Of a stretch of 64,000 bases of DNA, positions 10,708 through 19,640 are shown one piece after another. The notes beneath the pieces are model-generated. The model made no database searches. It was given only the letters and a program-made list of their open reading frames with translations, and was not told the origin of the DNA. The DNA is from Candidatus Latescibacterota bacterium (GTDB lineage: Bacteria > Latescibacterota > UBA2968 > UBA8231), in assembly GCA_965208105.1 (NCBI GenBank), contig OZ242318.1, forward strand, positions 1,984,001 to 2,048,000, given 5' to 3'. Positions within the stretch are counted from its first letter, which is position 1. Each line of letters begins with the position of its first letter. Both the position numbers and the translations under genes were made by a program.

Positions 10708-10784
10708 AGGTTTCGATATGCCTATTTGGTGCTTCGGATAACGTTTCGCATTAGCCGAGGCCACATAGCGAGCTGCCGAAGGCC

Positions 10785-10949
10785 TAGTGTCCCGTCGCAG
10801 AGATAGGTTGACGCAATTGGGCCGCCGAGGCGCCAGGCTCACAAGGCGCCTGAGCGAGTCGTACCAGTGGTGTACGGCGAGTGAAGGCAACGCCGTGAGC
10901 CGGGATGGATCGGCGGAATAATGGCGACATATTTCTGCGACGGGACACT
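10785..10949. mobile_element. ~165-bp MITE with ~20-bp terminal inverted repeats, inserted at CTAG
   Basis: TAGTGTCCCGTCGCAGAGATA (10785) vs TATTTCTGCGACGGGACACT (10930-10949), 1 mismatch; terminal AG displaced to 12378-12379 by the IS110. Confidence 0.75.
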
Positions 10950-11021
10950 GATATGTATTGACGGTTGTCAACCCCCTCCGGGGTGGTCATTTCGGATGTT
11001 ATCTTTGCATGAGTTTGTTCG

Positions 11022-11188
11022 GGGACAGAAGGGACGCTGTAGCGACGGTTGATCCGACTGATATTCGCGGGTTGGCTACCGCCTGTCCTGGGTGCGTCGC
11101 GGAGCGGCCTCAATCTAGAGTCGAGGGTCAGCCTGAAAGGCGCCTCATAGTGTCTTCGAGGATTCTCCTGACCGGTCCCTTCTGTCCC
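11022..11188 (-). ncRNA. Putative IS110 bridge/seek RNA
   Basis: 14-bp perfect closing stem GGGACAGAAGGGAC/GTCCCTTCTGTCCC; internal GACACTA and CTAG match the target, ATATCAG matches the donor junction. Confidence 0.7.
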
Positions 11189-11242
11189 GTTTCGATTTAC
11201 ATGAGCAAAGGTCCTATGCCGGCTTCTGAGACGATGAGCTTA

Positions 11243-12262
11243 TCAGGCGGCGATCCGAGGTCTCCTGGCCACGAGGCGGCCGGGGCGTTTCTGCTCCCAG
11301 GCGATGGCCTGTATGGGGGGTGCGGTCTGTTCGGCGCGTCGTTGCAAGGCGGCCGTCTTGCGGGCGGGAAAGCGATAGCACCAGGCCGCTTCCACCAGCA
11401 CACGCCGCACGTGGGCGTTGCCCGCCTTGGTGATCGCCCCTCGCTTTTGCCGGGAGCCGCTGGAATGCTCGCTGGGGACCAGACCGACGAAGGCCATCAG
11501 TTGGCGCGGCGAGTCAAAGCGGGTGAGGTCCCCCAGCTCGGCCAGGGTCGTAACCGCGGTAAGCGTGTCTACCCCGCGCAGCGCCCTCATAGCCCGCGTC
11601 TCCCCTTCCAAAGACCACCCCTCCAAAGTCTGCTGCAGGGCCTGGTCCAACCCCTGGATCCGACCTTGGGCTTCCTGTACCGCGTCCACGTATTCCTGAA
11701 AGACGATCTGCTGGGCCGGATGATCGAAGCGCTGGGTCTCCAGCCAGCGAAAGTGGGCTTGGGTCCAGCGACTGCGCCCGGAGTAGATCCGGCCGTGGCG
11801 CTGCAAGAAGCTGTTCAGCCGCTGGCGCACGCGGCGCTCGGCGTGCTTGAAGTCTTCCCGGCAGCGCTCCAGGTCACGCATCGCCTCCTGCGCTTCGTCG
11901 GGCACCCACACGGGGGTCAACTCGCCGTGTTGGAAAAGCCGCACCAGAGACAGCGCATCGCGCCGGTCGGTCTTGATGCGGTCGCCCGGCCGCCGCGGGA
12001 TCAGCGAGGGCGCCACCACCGTGCAGGCGTGCCCCAGGGCTGTGAGCTGACGGTAGACGCCGTAGCCGCAGGGTCCGGCCTCGTAGCAAAACCGCAACGA
12101 GGTCCCACCACGGGCCAGTTGGCCCGCCAGCTTGGACAACGCGGCGTCCGTAGACGGTATCGTTCCATACAGGGCTGGCCCTTTTCGGCCTTCACCGGCC
12201 AGGGCGACGGTGATCGAATCTTTATGTATGTCCAAGGCGACGAATTTCGTAGATTTACGCAT
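11243..12262 (-). CDS. IS110-family transposase/recombinase; C-terminus looks shortened
   Basis: DEDD residues ALDIHK, CYEAG, KTDRRDA; GLVPSEHSSG catalytic-Ser loop; GNAHVRRVLVEAAW. Confidence 0.92.
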   Translation of the reverse strand: MRKSTKFVALDIHKDSITVALAGEGRKGPALYGTIPSTDAALSKLAGQLARGGTSLRFCYEAGPCGYGVYRQLTALGHACTVVAPSLIPRRPGDRIKTDRRDALSLVRLFQHGELTPVWVPDEAQEAMRDLERCREDFKHAERRVRQRLNSFLQRHGRIYSGRSRWTQAHFRWLETQRFDHPAQQIVFQEYVDAVQEAQGRIQGLDQALQQTLEGWSLEGETRAMRALRGVDTLTAVTTLAELGDLTRFDSPRQLMAFVGLVPSEHSSGSRQKRGAITKAGNAHVRRVLVEAAWCYRFPARKTAALQRRAEQTAPPIQAIAWEQKRPGRLVARRPRIAA

Positions 12263-12431
12263 GGCCTCCTCCTTCTCGCTGGGGATAGGTCTTTGGGTGA
12301 ACTCCGTTTTCCCAAAGATAACCCCCGACAACCGAGTCGGAGGAGGTCTTTCATATCTCCGTCAATACATAAGGTCTAGGCGGCGCAGAATTAGCCCGAT
12401 ATTATCGCTTCGAAGCTTCGTGGCTGCTCGA

Positions 12432-12701
12432 CTACAGCCGGGAAACAAGCTGCTCGTAACCAGCATGAGAGCCGATCCAGAACCAGACTATGAGACCTTC
12501 TGTTTGCACGCCCAAGGCACGGTAATCTCGTGTGACCCTGACAGCGTAGATCGGTTTGGTAGGATGAATCTTCTTGAATCGCAGACTCGGATGGTTTGGA
12601 TTATCCCGAAAACGGGCGTACGCTGCGGCCGCCTGAACCTGGACGTGCTGAGGAAGTTCGCGTAACGCTTTCCGAAAACGATCGGTTGTCCGGGATATCA
12701 T
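12432..12701 (-). CDS. RelE/ParE-like type II toxin
   Basis: 89 aa, HPSLRFKKI...VRVTRDYRALG...WFWIGSHAGY; 4-bp overlap with the upstream acidic ORF. Confidence 0.8.
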   Translation of the reverse strand: MISRTTDRFRKALRELPQHVQVQAAAAYARFRDNPNHPSLRFKKIHPTKPIYAVRVTRDYRALGVQTEGLIVWFWIGSHAGYEQLVSRL

Positions 12702-12916
12702 GAATCACGAGATTCGAAGGGCTCGGTCTTTCCTGATTGGTATTCAGCTACAGCCTCATCCGCCAGGGCAGTCAACTGCTCCGCTGTCGAGTCAAATGCG
12801 CGCTCCCACCGGCGCTCTGACTCCAGCTCCGAAATCAAAACAGCCGCAATCGCATCCTGCTCATCATTCGAGAGCTTCTTGATTTCCAAGATCGCCTTTT
12901 CCAGAAGTTGAGTCAT
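12698..12916 (-). CDS. Putative antitoxin
   Basis: Small acidic protein MTQLLEKAI...EQDAIAAVLISELE...LADEAVAEY coupled to the toxin. Confidence 0.75.
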   Translation of the reverse strand: MTQLLEKAILEIKKLSNDEQDAIAAVLISELESERRWERAFDSTAEQLTALADEAVAEYQSGKTEPFESRDS

Positions 12917-13103
12917 CGGAGTCCTCCTAATCAGGTGTTCGGCAAACTGTCGGGTTAAAGTAAATATAAGGAAGTCGCTCATGGAAGGTCTTGGTGAAAT
13001 TCCATACAGATGACGTTTTCCGAACCAGATTCGGAGGCGCTGAAGGACAGCCCGCTCTCAGGAGGCCTCTCCGATATCCACTCCAACTTCTACAGCCGCT
13101 TCC

Positions 13104-13913
13104 TCAGCGGTTGTCGGCACCCCGGTACATTCCCTTCCTCACAAAACAGTAAATCAGCATCTCGTGGAGAATAGTGAATTGGTCCGGGACACGACGCTCC
13201 AGCAGGGATGCCAACTCTGAATCGAACTCGGCGATCTTTCTCGGTGGCAAGCTAGCCCCTATCCCCCGGCACGCCCTGATCCGACCGCGCCACTGCTCTC
13301 GGGTAAACTGGATCGGCTCCCTCAGTTGGCAGAATGACTGAACATCGAAGTGCTCCAGGGACCAGGATGGAACAGGGTTGGGCTGGTCATAGCCGGCGCC
13401 ACTCCAGTCAGGGTTGTATTTGAGCACCAGTTCTTCGGTCATCTGCGCGGTTTCGTCGAGTTTGGGAAGCCATAAGAGGGATGTCAGAACGAGCCTTCCC
13501 CTCTCTCGCATTATGGAAAGAACTTTCGGAATCAAAACCGCACGATCGAAGTACAACCATGATTGGCCCGCGGAAACGACATCGAAGGTGGCTGGAGGAT
13601 AGTCGATCTGCTCTGCGGCGATGGCGTGAAATTCGGCATCGACCCCCTCGGATGCCGCAAGTTTCCTCGCCTGCTCGATCTGCTCAGCGGATATGTCGAC
13701 GCCGACAACACTGGCCCCGCGAGCCGCGAATGCCCTGGCCAATACCCCCGTTCCGGTACCCAAATCCAGGATCTCCTGGGTTGGGCAGCCCACTCCCAAA
13801 GATGACAGCGTATCGAAAAATGAATCGGGATACCCTGGCCGAAACCGGGCATAGTCGGTGGAGGTCCGGCCCCAATTGAACTCTCTCTCCCCATCGATTC
13901 CTGTGACTTTCAA
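13104..13913 (-). CDS. Class I SAM-dependent methyltransferase
   Basis: YARFRPGYP, ILDLGTGTG, FDVVSAGQSW; TTG start after GGGAGG RBS. Confidence 0.87.
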   Translation of the reverse strand: MKVTGIDGEREFNWGRTSTDYARFRPGYPDSFFDTLSSLGVGCPTQEILDLGTGTGVLARAFAARGASVVGVDISAEQIEQARKLAASEGVDAEFHAIAAEQIDYPPATFDVVSAGQSWLYFDRAVLIPKVLSIMRERGRLVLTSLLWLPKLDETAQMTEELVLKYNPDWSGAGYDQPNPVPSWSLEHFDVQSFCQLREPIQFTREQWRGRIRACRGIGASLPPRKIAEFDSELASLLERRVPDQFTILHEMLIYCFVRKGMYRGADNR

Positions 13914-13980
13914 AACAAGACCTCCCAAGGACCTGGGAACGCCCGCCGCGATTGTCAATTACATCGACCCGCCGGCGGGT

Positions 13981-15369
13981 TCATCCCTTCGCTTTCCTGA
14001 ATCGCCAACCGTACAGGATGCTCCCGAAATAGTTGAACCACCGCCTTGCATCGTGGTCGCCGAAGGGATAATCGGCACCGATCTGTGTCGCGGCGGCGAT
14101 CCCGCTGACGAGGCAGGTCTCCTGGCTGTTGACCAGCGTATGGGCGCCGCAGTGCCAGGTTTGCCTCCTGCCCTGGATGAAGCGGAACAAAGGAACGAGG
14201 AATGCAACGTGGCGCACGTCGTGAACGATGTGCTGGAACCACCACCTCGCGATAATCTGCCGCCCATCGATCTGGCTGACCGGGTTGTAAGTCACCAGGC
14301 AGGGCTTGTCGGAGCGGTTGGCCCACGGCTGCTGGTTGTGCATGATGTAGGTGATTTCATAGTTGTCAGGCCTGGCACCGTATTGTTCGATGTGGTTGCT
14401 CCGCGTCTTCAGGGGATTCACCTCGTTGTCCGGAAGGACCGAGGAGTCCGAATGCACCACCGTATGGTTGTGGAGCTCGCTCTCGTAGCGAACCGACGAG
14501 AGGAGGCAGCGCTCCAGCAACGTGGGTTTGTCGAGGCTCATCAGCGTCTGGTTCGCGTTGCACGCGAAAATCACCTGGTCGAAGGTCTCCTTCACTCCGT
14601 CCTCGTCCTCGACCACGACGCCGGACGGCCGGCGAAACACCTTCCTCACGGGACGGTTGAGGCATATCCTGTCCCTGAAACCGGCTGACAGGTTTTCGTA
14701 GATGCGCCGCGTCCCCTGGTCCCAGGTCTGCATGGGGGTAGCCGATTCGATATCGAAGAACTCGAGGTACCTGCTGAAGAGAGCCGCGGGCATGTCGAAC
14801 ACGTTCGTCGCCATGAGGAAGTTGACGAACATGGGCTTCAGGACCTTGTAGCGGAAGTCCCCGGAGAAACCGCACAGATTCAGGACCGTCCCCATGCTGA
14901 TGTAGTTGAAGGGGTTGAGGGCGTTCAACAGCTTCGATCGGGACCGGGTGAGGCCGCCGAACCAGTGCAGGCGCCCGAGAAGGCGTTGAAACTTCGCGAT
15001 CTCCGGTTTCAGCTGCTGCCTGATGTCGGAGTCGAAGTCGTGGGCGTACACCTGGCCGCGGTAGTGCACGCTGTAGCTGAATCTGGTATCGATCAGTTCG
15101 ATGCCGAACCTCTCCATCAACAAGACCATGTGCCGATACACCGACGGGATGCATGCGGTGACCGAGATGTCGAAGGGAATGGTGCTGCCGTCATCCTGCG
15201 GCATATCGGCCGTGATCGCATTTCCGCCGATGCGCTCCCTTGCTTCGAACAGCCGGAAATCGAACCGGTCGGGGTGGTGGTGCAGCGTCCACGCGGCCCC
15301 CAGCCCTGCAATGCCGCCGCCAACGATGGCTATGCGCCTTGGTTTTGTCCCTGTCCCGCCACTTTCCAT
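13981..15369 (-). CDS. FAD-dependent oxidoreductase (amine oxidase-like)
   Basis: IAIVGGGIAGLGAA...FEARERIGG; WHCGAHTLVNSQE. Confidence 0.85.
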   Translation of the reverse strand: MESGGTGTKPRRIAIVGGGIAGLGAAWTLHHHPDRFDFRLFEARERIGGNAITADMPQDDGSTIPFDISVTACIPSVYRHMVLLMERFGIELIDTRFSYSVHYRGQVYAHDFDSDIRQQLKPEIAKFQRLLGRLHWFGGLTRSRSKLLNALNPFNYISMGTVLNLCGFSGDFRYKVLKPMFVNFLMATNVFDMPAALFSRYLEFFDIESATPMQTWDQGTRRIYENLSAGFRDRICLNRPVRKVFRRPSGVVVEDEDGVKETFDQVIFACNANQTLMSLDKPTLLERCLLSSVRYESELHNHTVVHSDSSVLPDNEVNPLKTRSNHIEQYGARPDNYEITYIMHNQQPWANRSDKPCLVTYNPVSQIDGRQIIARWWFQHIVHDVRHVAFLVPLFRFIQGRRQTWHCGAHTLVNSQETCLVSGIAAATQIGADYPFGDHDARRWFNYFGSILYGWRFRKAKG

Positions 15370-15539
15370 GACCTTCTATTCTACGATGGTCGTTGCCTGC
15401 AGGCCAATCGACGATAGATCTCCACGGCGGCTGATGCCTGGAGACGGGGTGTGGCCGGCGACCCGGAAGAGGCCCGGGTAGTTGCCCCCGGCCCTCTTTA
15501 TGGCTAGCCTAGGGTGGTCCCCACAAAGGAGATTCCTGC

Positions 15540-16559
15540 ATGAATGAGCAATGGCTGCGCTTCGACGCGGCGACCAATCCTTATGGGCCGTCGCCCAGGG
15601 TGCGGCAGGCGATGGCCGCCTTTGCCCGCACCGGAGACTTCAGCCGCTACGACGACGAGGAGCGCGCCGAGTCGCTGCGCGGCGACCTGGCGGAGCATTG
15701 GGGGCTTTCGCCCGATAACTTCATCGTGTACAACGGCTCCGGGGAAGCCGTGGTCTGGCTTTTTCTGGCGCGGTTGCTGCTGGAGCGGCAGCGCCTGCTC
15801 ATCCCCTCTCCGTCCTACGAGCGCTTCGTGGCCCTGGGACAGCGCTGCGCCGCCGAGGTGATCCCGGTGCCGCTGCGCGAGGACGACTTTGCCCTGGTGC
15901 CCGAGCGCTTCATCGAGGCGGGTCGGCAGTCCGGAGCGCGGGTTCTGCTGATGAGCAGCCCCAACAACCCCACGGGCAACCTCCTTTGCGGTGAGCGGGA
16001 GATGGCGCACCTGCTCGACGAGTTGCCCGACTGCCTGTGCATCGTCGATGAAGCCTACGCGGACTATGCCGGCGGCAGCTTCGTGCCCTGGGTTCGGGAG
16101 AGGGGAAACCTGGTTGTGCTGCGGACCTTCTCCAAGGCCTACGGCATGGCTGGCCTGCGGGTGGGCTACGCGGTTGGACCCGAACCCGCCATCGCCGCCC
16201 TGGCTCGGATGCAGGTTCCCTGGGCGGTCAACGGGCTGTCGCTGGCGGCGGCGCAGGCCGCCCTCGCCGACCAGGAATATCTGCGGAAAACCGTCGCCCG
16301 GATCCGCGGCGATTGCCGGGCGCTCTACGACGGGCTTAACCGGCGGCGGTGGTTGCGGGCATATCCGAGCGCGGCGAATTTCTTCTGGGTGCGCTCCGAT
16401 GGGGTCGGGCCGGAGCGGCTGCGGGCGGGCCTGGAGGAACGGCGGGTCCGCGCCCGCTGGCGACAGGACGCGCCTGGCTTCGTGCGGCTGACCTCGCTGC
16501 GCCCTGAGGACAACGAGTACCTGTTGTCGGCGCTCGATGAGGTCGTGAAGCCGTGCTGA
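15540..16559 (+). CDS. PLP-dependent aminotransferase, HisC/CobD-like
   Basis: NPYGPSP, SPNNPTG, VDEAYADY, LRTFSKAYGMAGLRVGY. Confidence 0.88.
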   Translation: MNEQWLRFDAATNPYGPSPRVRQAMAAFARTGDFSRYDDEERAESLRGDLAEHWGLSPDNFIVYNGSGEAVVWLFLARLLLERQRLLIPSPSYERFVALGQRCAAEVIPVPLREDDFALVPERFIEAGRQSGARVLLMSSPNNPTGNLLCGEREMAHLLDELPDCLCIVDEAYADYAGGSFVPWVRERGNLVVLRTFSKAYGMAGLRVGYAVGPEPAIAALARMQVPWAVNGLSLAAAQAALADQEYLRKTVARIRGDCRALYDGLNRRRWLRAYPSAANFFWVRSDGVGPERLRAGLEERRVRARWRQDAPGFVRLTSLRPEDNEYLLSALDEVVKPC

Positions 16560-16795
16560 TACGGGGGGTCAGGAATTTGGCAGGCCCGGGGACCATTCTC
16601 TTCGAACGCCCCCCGGGAAAGTTTGACCGCAGCTGACAAATGGGCAAATTTGACAGAATTTTTTCAGGCTTGGGCATATCTTTCCTGCATTATCCACCTC
16701 TTTCTCATCCTTGTGCCAGGCCAGCCGGCGCGCACGTTGGTGGACGAGTTTCGTGCCACTGGCTCCTGTCAAGTTTTTAGTTAAGGAGAACCGTC

Positions 16796-19501
16796 ATGCT
16801 AAAGGATCGAACATTGCTCGCTTCGGCACTCATGATTCCGGTCGTCGGCCTGCTCGCGCTGGCCGGTGTCTTTTACGACGCGCGCCCCGCCCTGGCGCAG
16901 ACGCAGCAGGACTGTCCAATTCCTGCCGGGGAGACGCCCCCTGAAGCTGTTGTGACGGCACAACAGGTGGAAGACGGCAGCGCTACCTTGAGAGAATTCG
17001 GGTTGGCAACGAGAAACCTTTTCATTCAAGGTGCAGGTTCTCGTGCAATGCAGTTATACGTCGGTTGTATCATGAGGCAGGATGGGAGCGATTTTCACTC
17101 TGGTTCTACCTATCTTGTGCAATTGACGCCTGACGGCAGGGTGTTTGTGCACTCAAAAAACATGGCGCTGTCGGGTAGGCTGCTCAACCGTTTGATTTAT
17201 GTAGCAATTCTTCAAGCATTGGGTATCGGTTTGGATGATTTGCAGAATCCTGCTGCGATAACTGCCGCTTTCACGGAGGCTGCAGGCAGGGATGGCGCCG
17301 AATTCAACGTACCTCGTATCCCGGGGGCTTCAGGTTATGCTTCTGTTTATTTTTCGAAAAATTTCAACCTCCCTATGGTGTTGCTTGCCGGATTCGACCT
17401 CAATGAATCTCACCTGGCCGAAGAAGAATTCGACTTTCGCATTCCCGCCGTTACTGCACGCGACGTGGTGGACCGGGAAACTCTAAAAGCCTTTGTTACG
17501 AACGTAGGAGAGCTTTTTCTCGCACAGCAGGATGGCGGCGACCCGGCCGGGACCTCGAAAGGCAGGGTGGCCTTGAGAGACCCGAACGGGCCCTACAGAC
17601 ACGGTTCCGTATACATCTATATCCTGGATCTTACCAGCGACATCATCCTGGTCCACGGCGCGTTTCCGGACCGATACGAACTGCGGCCTCTGATAGCGAC
17701 CGTCCGGGACGTGGTTACGGGAGAGCTTGTTTTGCCGCAGGTCATCGAGGCGGCGAAAAGCAGCCCGGAAGGCGGCTTCGTGGAGTATTACTTCGACGAC
17801 CCGAACGACGACACCGACAGCGCCGATATTCCCAAGGTGGGTTATGCCCGTCAGTTTACTGGTGAACGCGTGAGAGCAGACGGCACTGTACTCCCTGTAA
17901 ATTTCATTGTAGGGTCTGATTTTTACGTGCGTGTGGCTGATGAGGTCACGGCCGCCGACGTGACGGACGCGGAAACGCTCAAAGCCTTCGTAGACGGCGC
18001 GGCAGCATGGTCGGCGACCTTTACCGATCCCAACGATTTCCCCTCTTATATTGCCACCATCAGCACCGAGGGTCATTGGAAGCACGGGAACACCTATCTC
18101 ATCCTCATGTTGCCGAACGGCGCGGTGATCTACCACACCGATGACCCGACTGTGAACGGCAAGAGCCTGTACGAGGCAGAAGACTCCCGTGGAAACAAGG
18201 TCGTGCAGCAACTCCTCGCGGCAGCCGACATGGGCGGCGGTATTGTCGAGTATTACTGGGACGATCCGGAGCAGGAGGGGGACGAAGAGACCGCCAAGAT
18301 CGCCTATGCCACCAGCTACCTTTCAGGAACGACGGGTACCGCGGTGGTCCTCATCGGCGGCTATTACCAGGACCCCTCCCAGGCCGTTTCGGCGACCTTC
18401 GATCCGTCGATCATTGTCCCCCCCGAGGTAACGGCCGCCGACGTGGTGGACCGGGAGACCCTCAAGGCTTTCGTAGAGGGCTCGAAGGAGAGTTATTCCA
18501 ACGCCCTGGAACAATTCGGGGCCGATGAGCTCCTGCAGCATCAGGATATCTTCAGGCAAGAGGGAGGGCCCTGGAGGCAGGGTTCCATCTACTTCTTTCT
18601 CTTCACCACGGATGGCCATGTAATCTTCCACGGTGCCGACCGGGCGAGAGAGCTGAGGGATGCGACCCTCTGGGAGGATATCAACGGAGTCAAGGTCGCC
18701 CAGGAACTCCTCAAAGTGGCCAAGGCGGGCGGCGGCTACGTCGAGTATTACTTCGACGATCCCGCGGTGACAGGTGACGAAGACCTCGGCTCGCCCAAGG
18801 TGGGCTATGCGGAGCTGTTGACCTTCCAGGGCCGGGAATACGTCCTCGGTGCCGGGTTCTATACCGGTGACGCCGATATTGCCCGGAGGACCGTCACCCG
18901 CACGGAAGTAGAGGCAACGGTCCTGGGCGACGCCGTTCAGGGGTTGGCCCTCGAGTTCTCCCGCGCCACCTCGGGCCGCCAGGCAAATTACGCCTGGAAC
19001 GCGTTCACCGATGCCAACGGCCAGGTGTCCCTGACCATCTCCAGCACGAGGCTGGTGAGTGGTTACTACCGCGCCCGCGCCCGCAACGCCGCCGGCCAGG
19101 TCGTCGGCCAGTGGAACAGCATTCCCCTCAACCAGAACAAACGCCAGGTCCTGGAACTGACGCTGGGTGCCGGCATGAGGGTCGTGCGGGTCGAGCAACT
19201 GGCAGCAGCCAAGGCCGTGGCGGCAACCAGCGGTCTGGCACGTAATGTGCCCAATCCCTTCAACAGCTCCACCCAGATTCCCTATCACCTGTCCAGCTCC
19301 GGACCGGTGAGGTTGGTGATCTACAATGTTCTGGGCCAGCCCGTGCGCACGTTGGTTGACCAGTTCCAGGCTGCCGGCTCCTACCGGGTCAGGTGGGACG
19401 CCCGCGACCAGGAAGGCGCCTCGCTGTCATCCGGGGTCTATTTCACCCGCCTGAGCTATCCCGGCGGGGTGCAGACGCAACGGCTGCTCTACCTCAAGTA
19501 G
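16796..19501 (+). CDS. Secreted protein with four Cache-like repeats and a C-terminal FlgD-Ig/sorting-like domain
   Basis: Signal peptide; repeats VTAxDVxDxETLKAFV...GGxVEYYFDDP...KVGYA; C-term NVPNPFNSSTQIPY...IYNVLGQPVRTLV...WDARD...SSGVYF. Confidence 0.8.
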   Translation: MLKDRTLLASALMIPVVGLLALAGVFYDARPALAQTQQDCPIPAGETPPEAVVTAQQVEDGSATLREFGLATRNLFIQGAGSRAMQLYVGCIMRQDGSDFHSGSTYLVQLTPDGRVFVHSKNMALSGRLLNRLIYVAILQALGIGLDDLQNPAAITAAFTEAAGRDGAEFNVPRIPGASGYASVYFSKNFNLPMVLLAGFDLNESHLAEEEFDFRIPAVTARDVVDRETLKAFVTNVGELFLAQQDGGDPAGTSKGRVALRDPNGPYRHGSVYIYILDLTSDIILVHGAFPDRYELRPLIATVRDVVTGELVLPQVIEAAKSSPEGGFVEYYFDDPNDDTDSADIPKVGYARQFTGERVRADGTVLPVNFIVGSDFYVRVADEVTAADVTDAETLKAFVDGAAAWSATFTDPNDFPSYIATISTEGHWKHGNTYLILMLPNGAVIYHTDDPTVNGKSLYEAEDSRGNKVVQQLLAAADMGGGIVEYYWDDPEQEGDEETAKIAYATSYLSGTTGTAVVLIGGYYQDPSQAVSATFDPSIIVPPEVTAADVVDRETLKAFVEGSKESYSNALEQFGADELLQHQDIFRQEGGPWRQGSIYFFLFTTDGHVIFHGADRARELRDATLWEDINGVKVAQELLKVAKAGGGYVEYYFDDPAVTGDEDLGSPKVGYAELLTFQGREYVLGAGFYTGDADIARRTVTRTEVEATVLGDAVQGLALEFSRATSGRQANYAWNAFTDANGQVSLTISSTRLVSGYYRARARNAAGQVVGQWNSIPLNQNKRQVLELTLGAGMRVVRVEQLAAAKAVAATSGLARNVPNPFNSSTQIPYHLSSSGPVRLVIYNVLGQPVRTLVDQFQAAGSYRVRWDARDQEGASLSSGVYFTRLSYPGGVQTQRLLYLK

Positions 19502-19532
19502 CGCTGCACGGTTCCGCAGCAAACGTCAGCCT

Positions 19533-19593
19533 GAGAAGCCGCCTGAGAATTCGTAGTGCCGAGCAACCGTCGGGAATTTTCAGGCGGCTTCTC
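19533..19593 (+). terminator. Long inverted repeat (terminator- or REP-like) after the Cache protein gene
   Basis: GAGAAGCCGCCTGAGAATTC / GAATTTTCAGGCGGCTTCTC, 20-bp stem with one G.T; no U-tract. Confidence 0.45.
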
Positions 19594-19640
19594 CGTTCAG
19601 GGCTGCCTGACCTGGCGCCCGGAAAGGCAGGGAGACGGCT

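Larger units (their letters stand above)
10950..12375 (-). mobile_element. IS110-family (IS1111-type) insertion sequence
   Basis: Perfect 13-bp subterminal IRs TATGTATTGACGG (10952-10964) / CCGTCAATACATA (12359-12371); CT core on both flanks (10948-49, 12376-77); long non-coding region 3' of the transposase. Confidence 0.88.
10736..12405 (-). repeat. Degenerate attC-like site split by a MITE plus IS110 insertion
   Basis: Removing the inserts rejoins TAACGTTTCG...GCGAGCTGCCGAAGGCCTAG|GCGGCGCAG...GATATTA, resembling array sites such as 60496-60587. Confidence 0.55.

Noticed and set aside
13005-13085. attC remnant between the TA pair and the methyltransferase
   Set aside because: Only a weak GACGTTTTCCGAACC resemblance; no pairing arms can be reconstructed.
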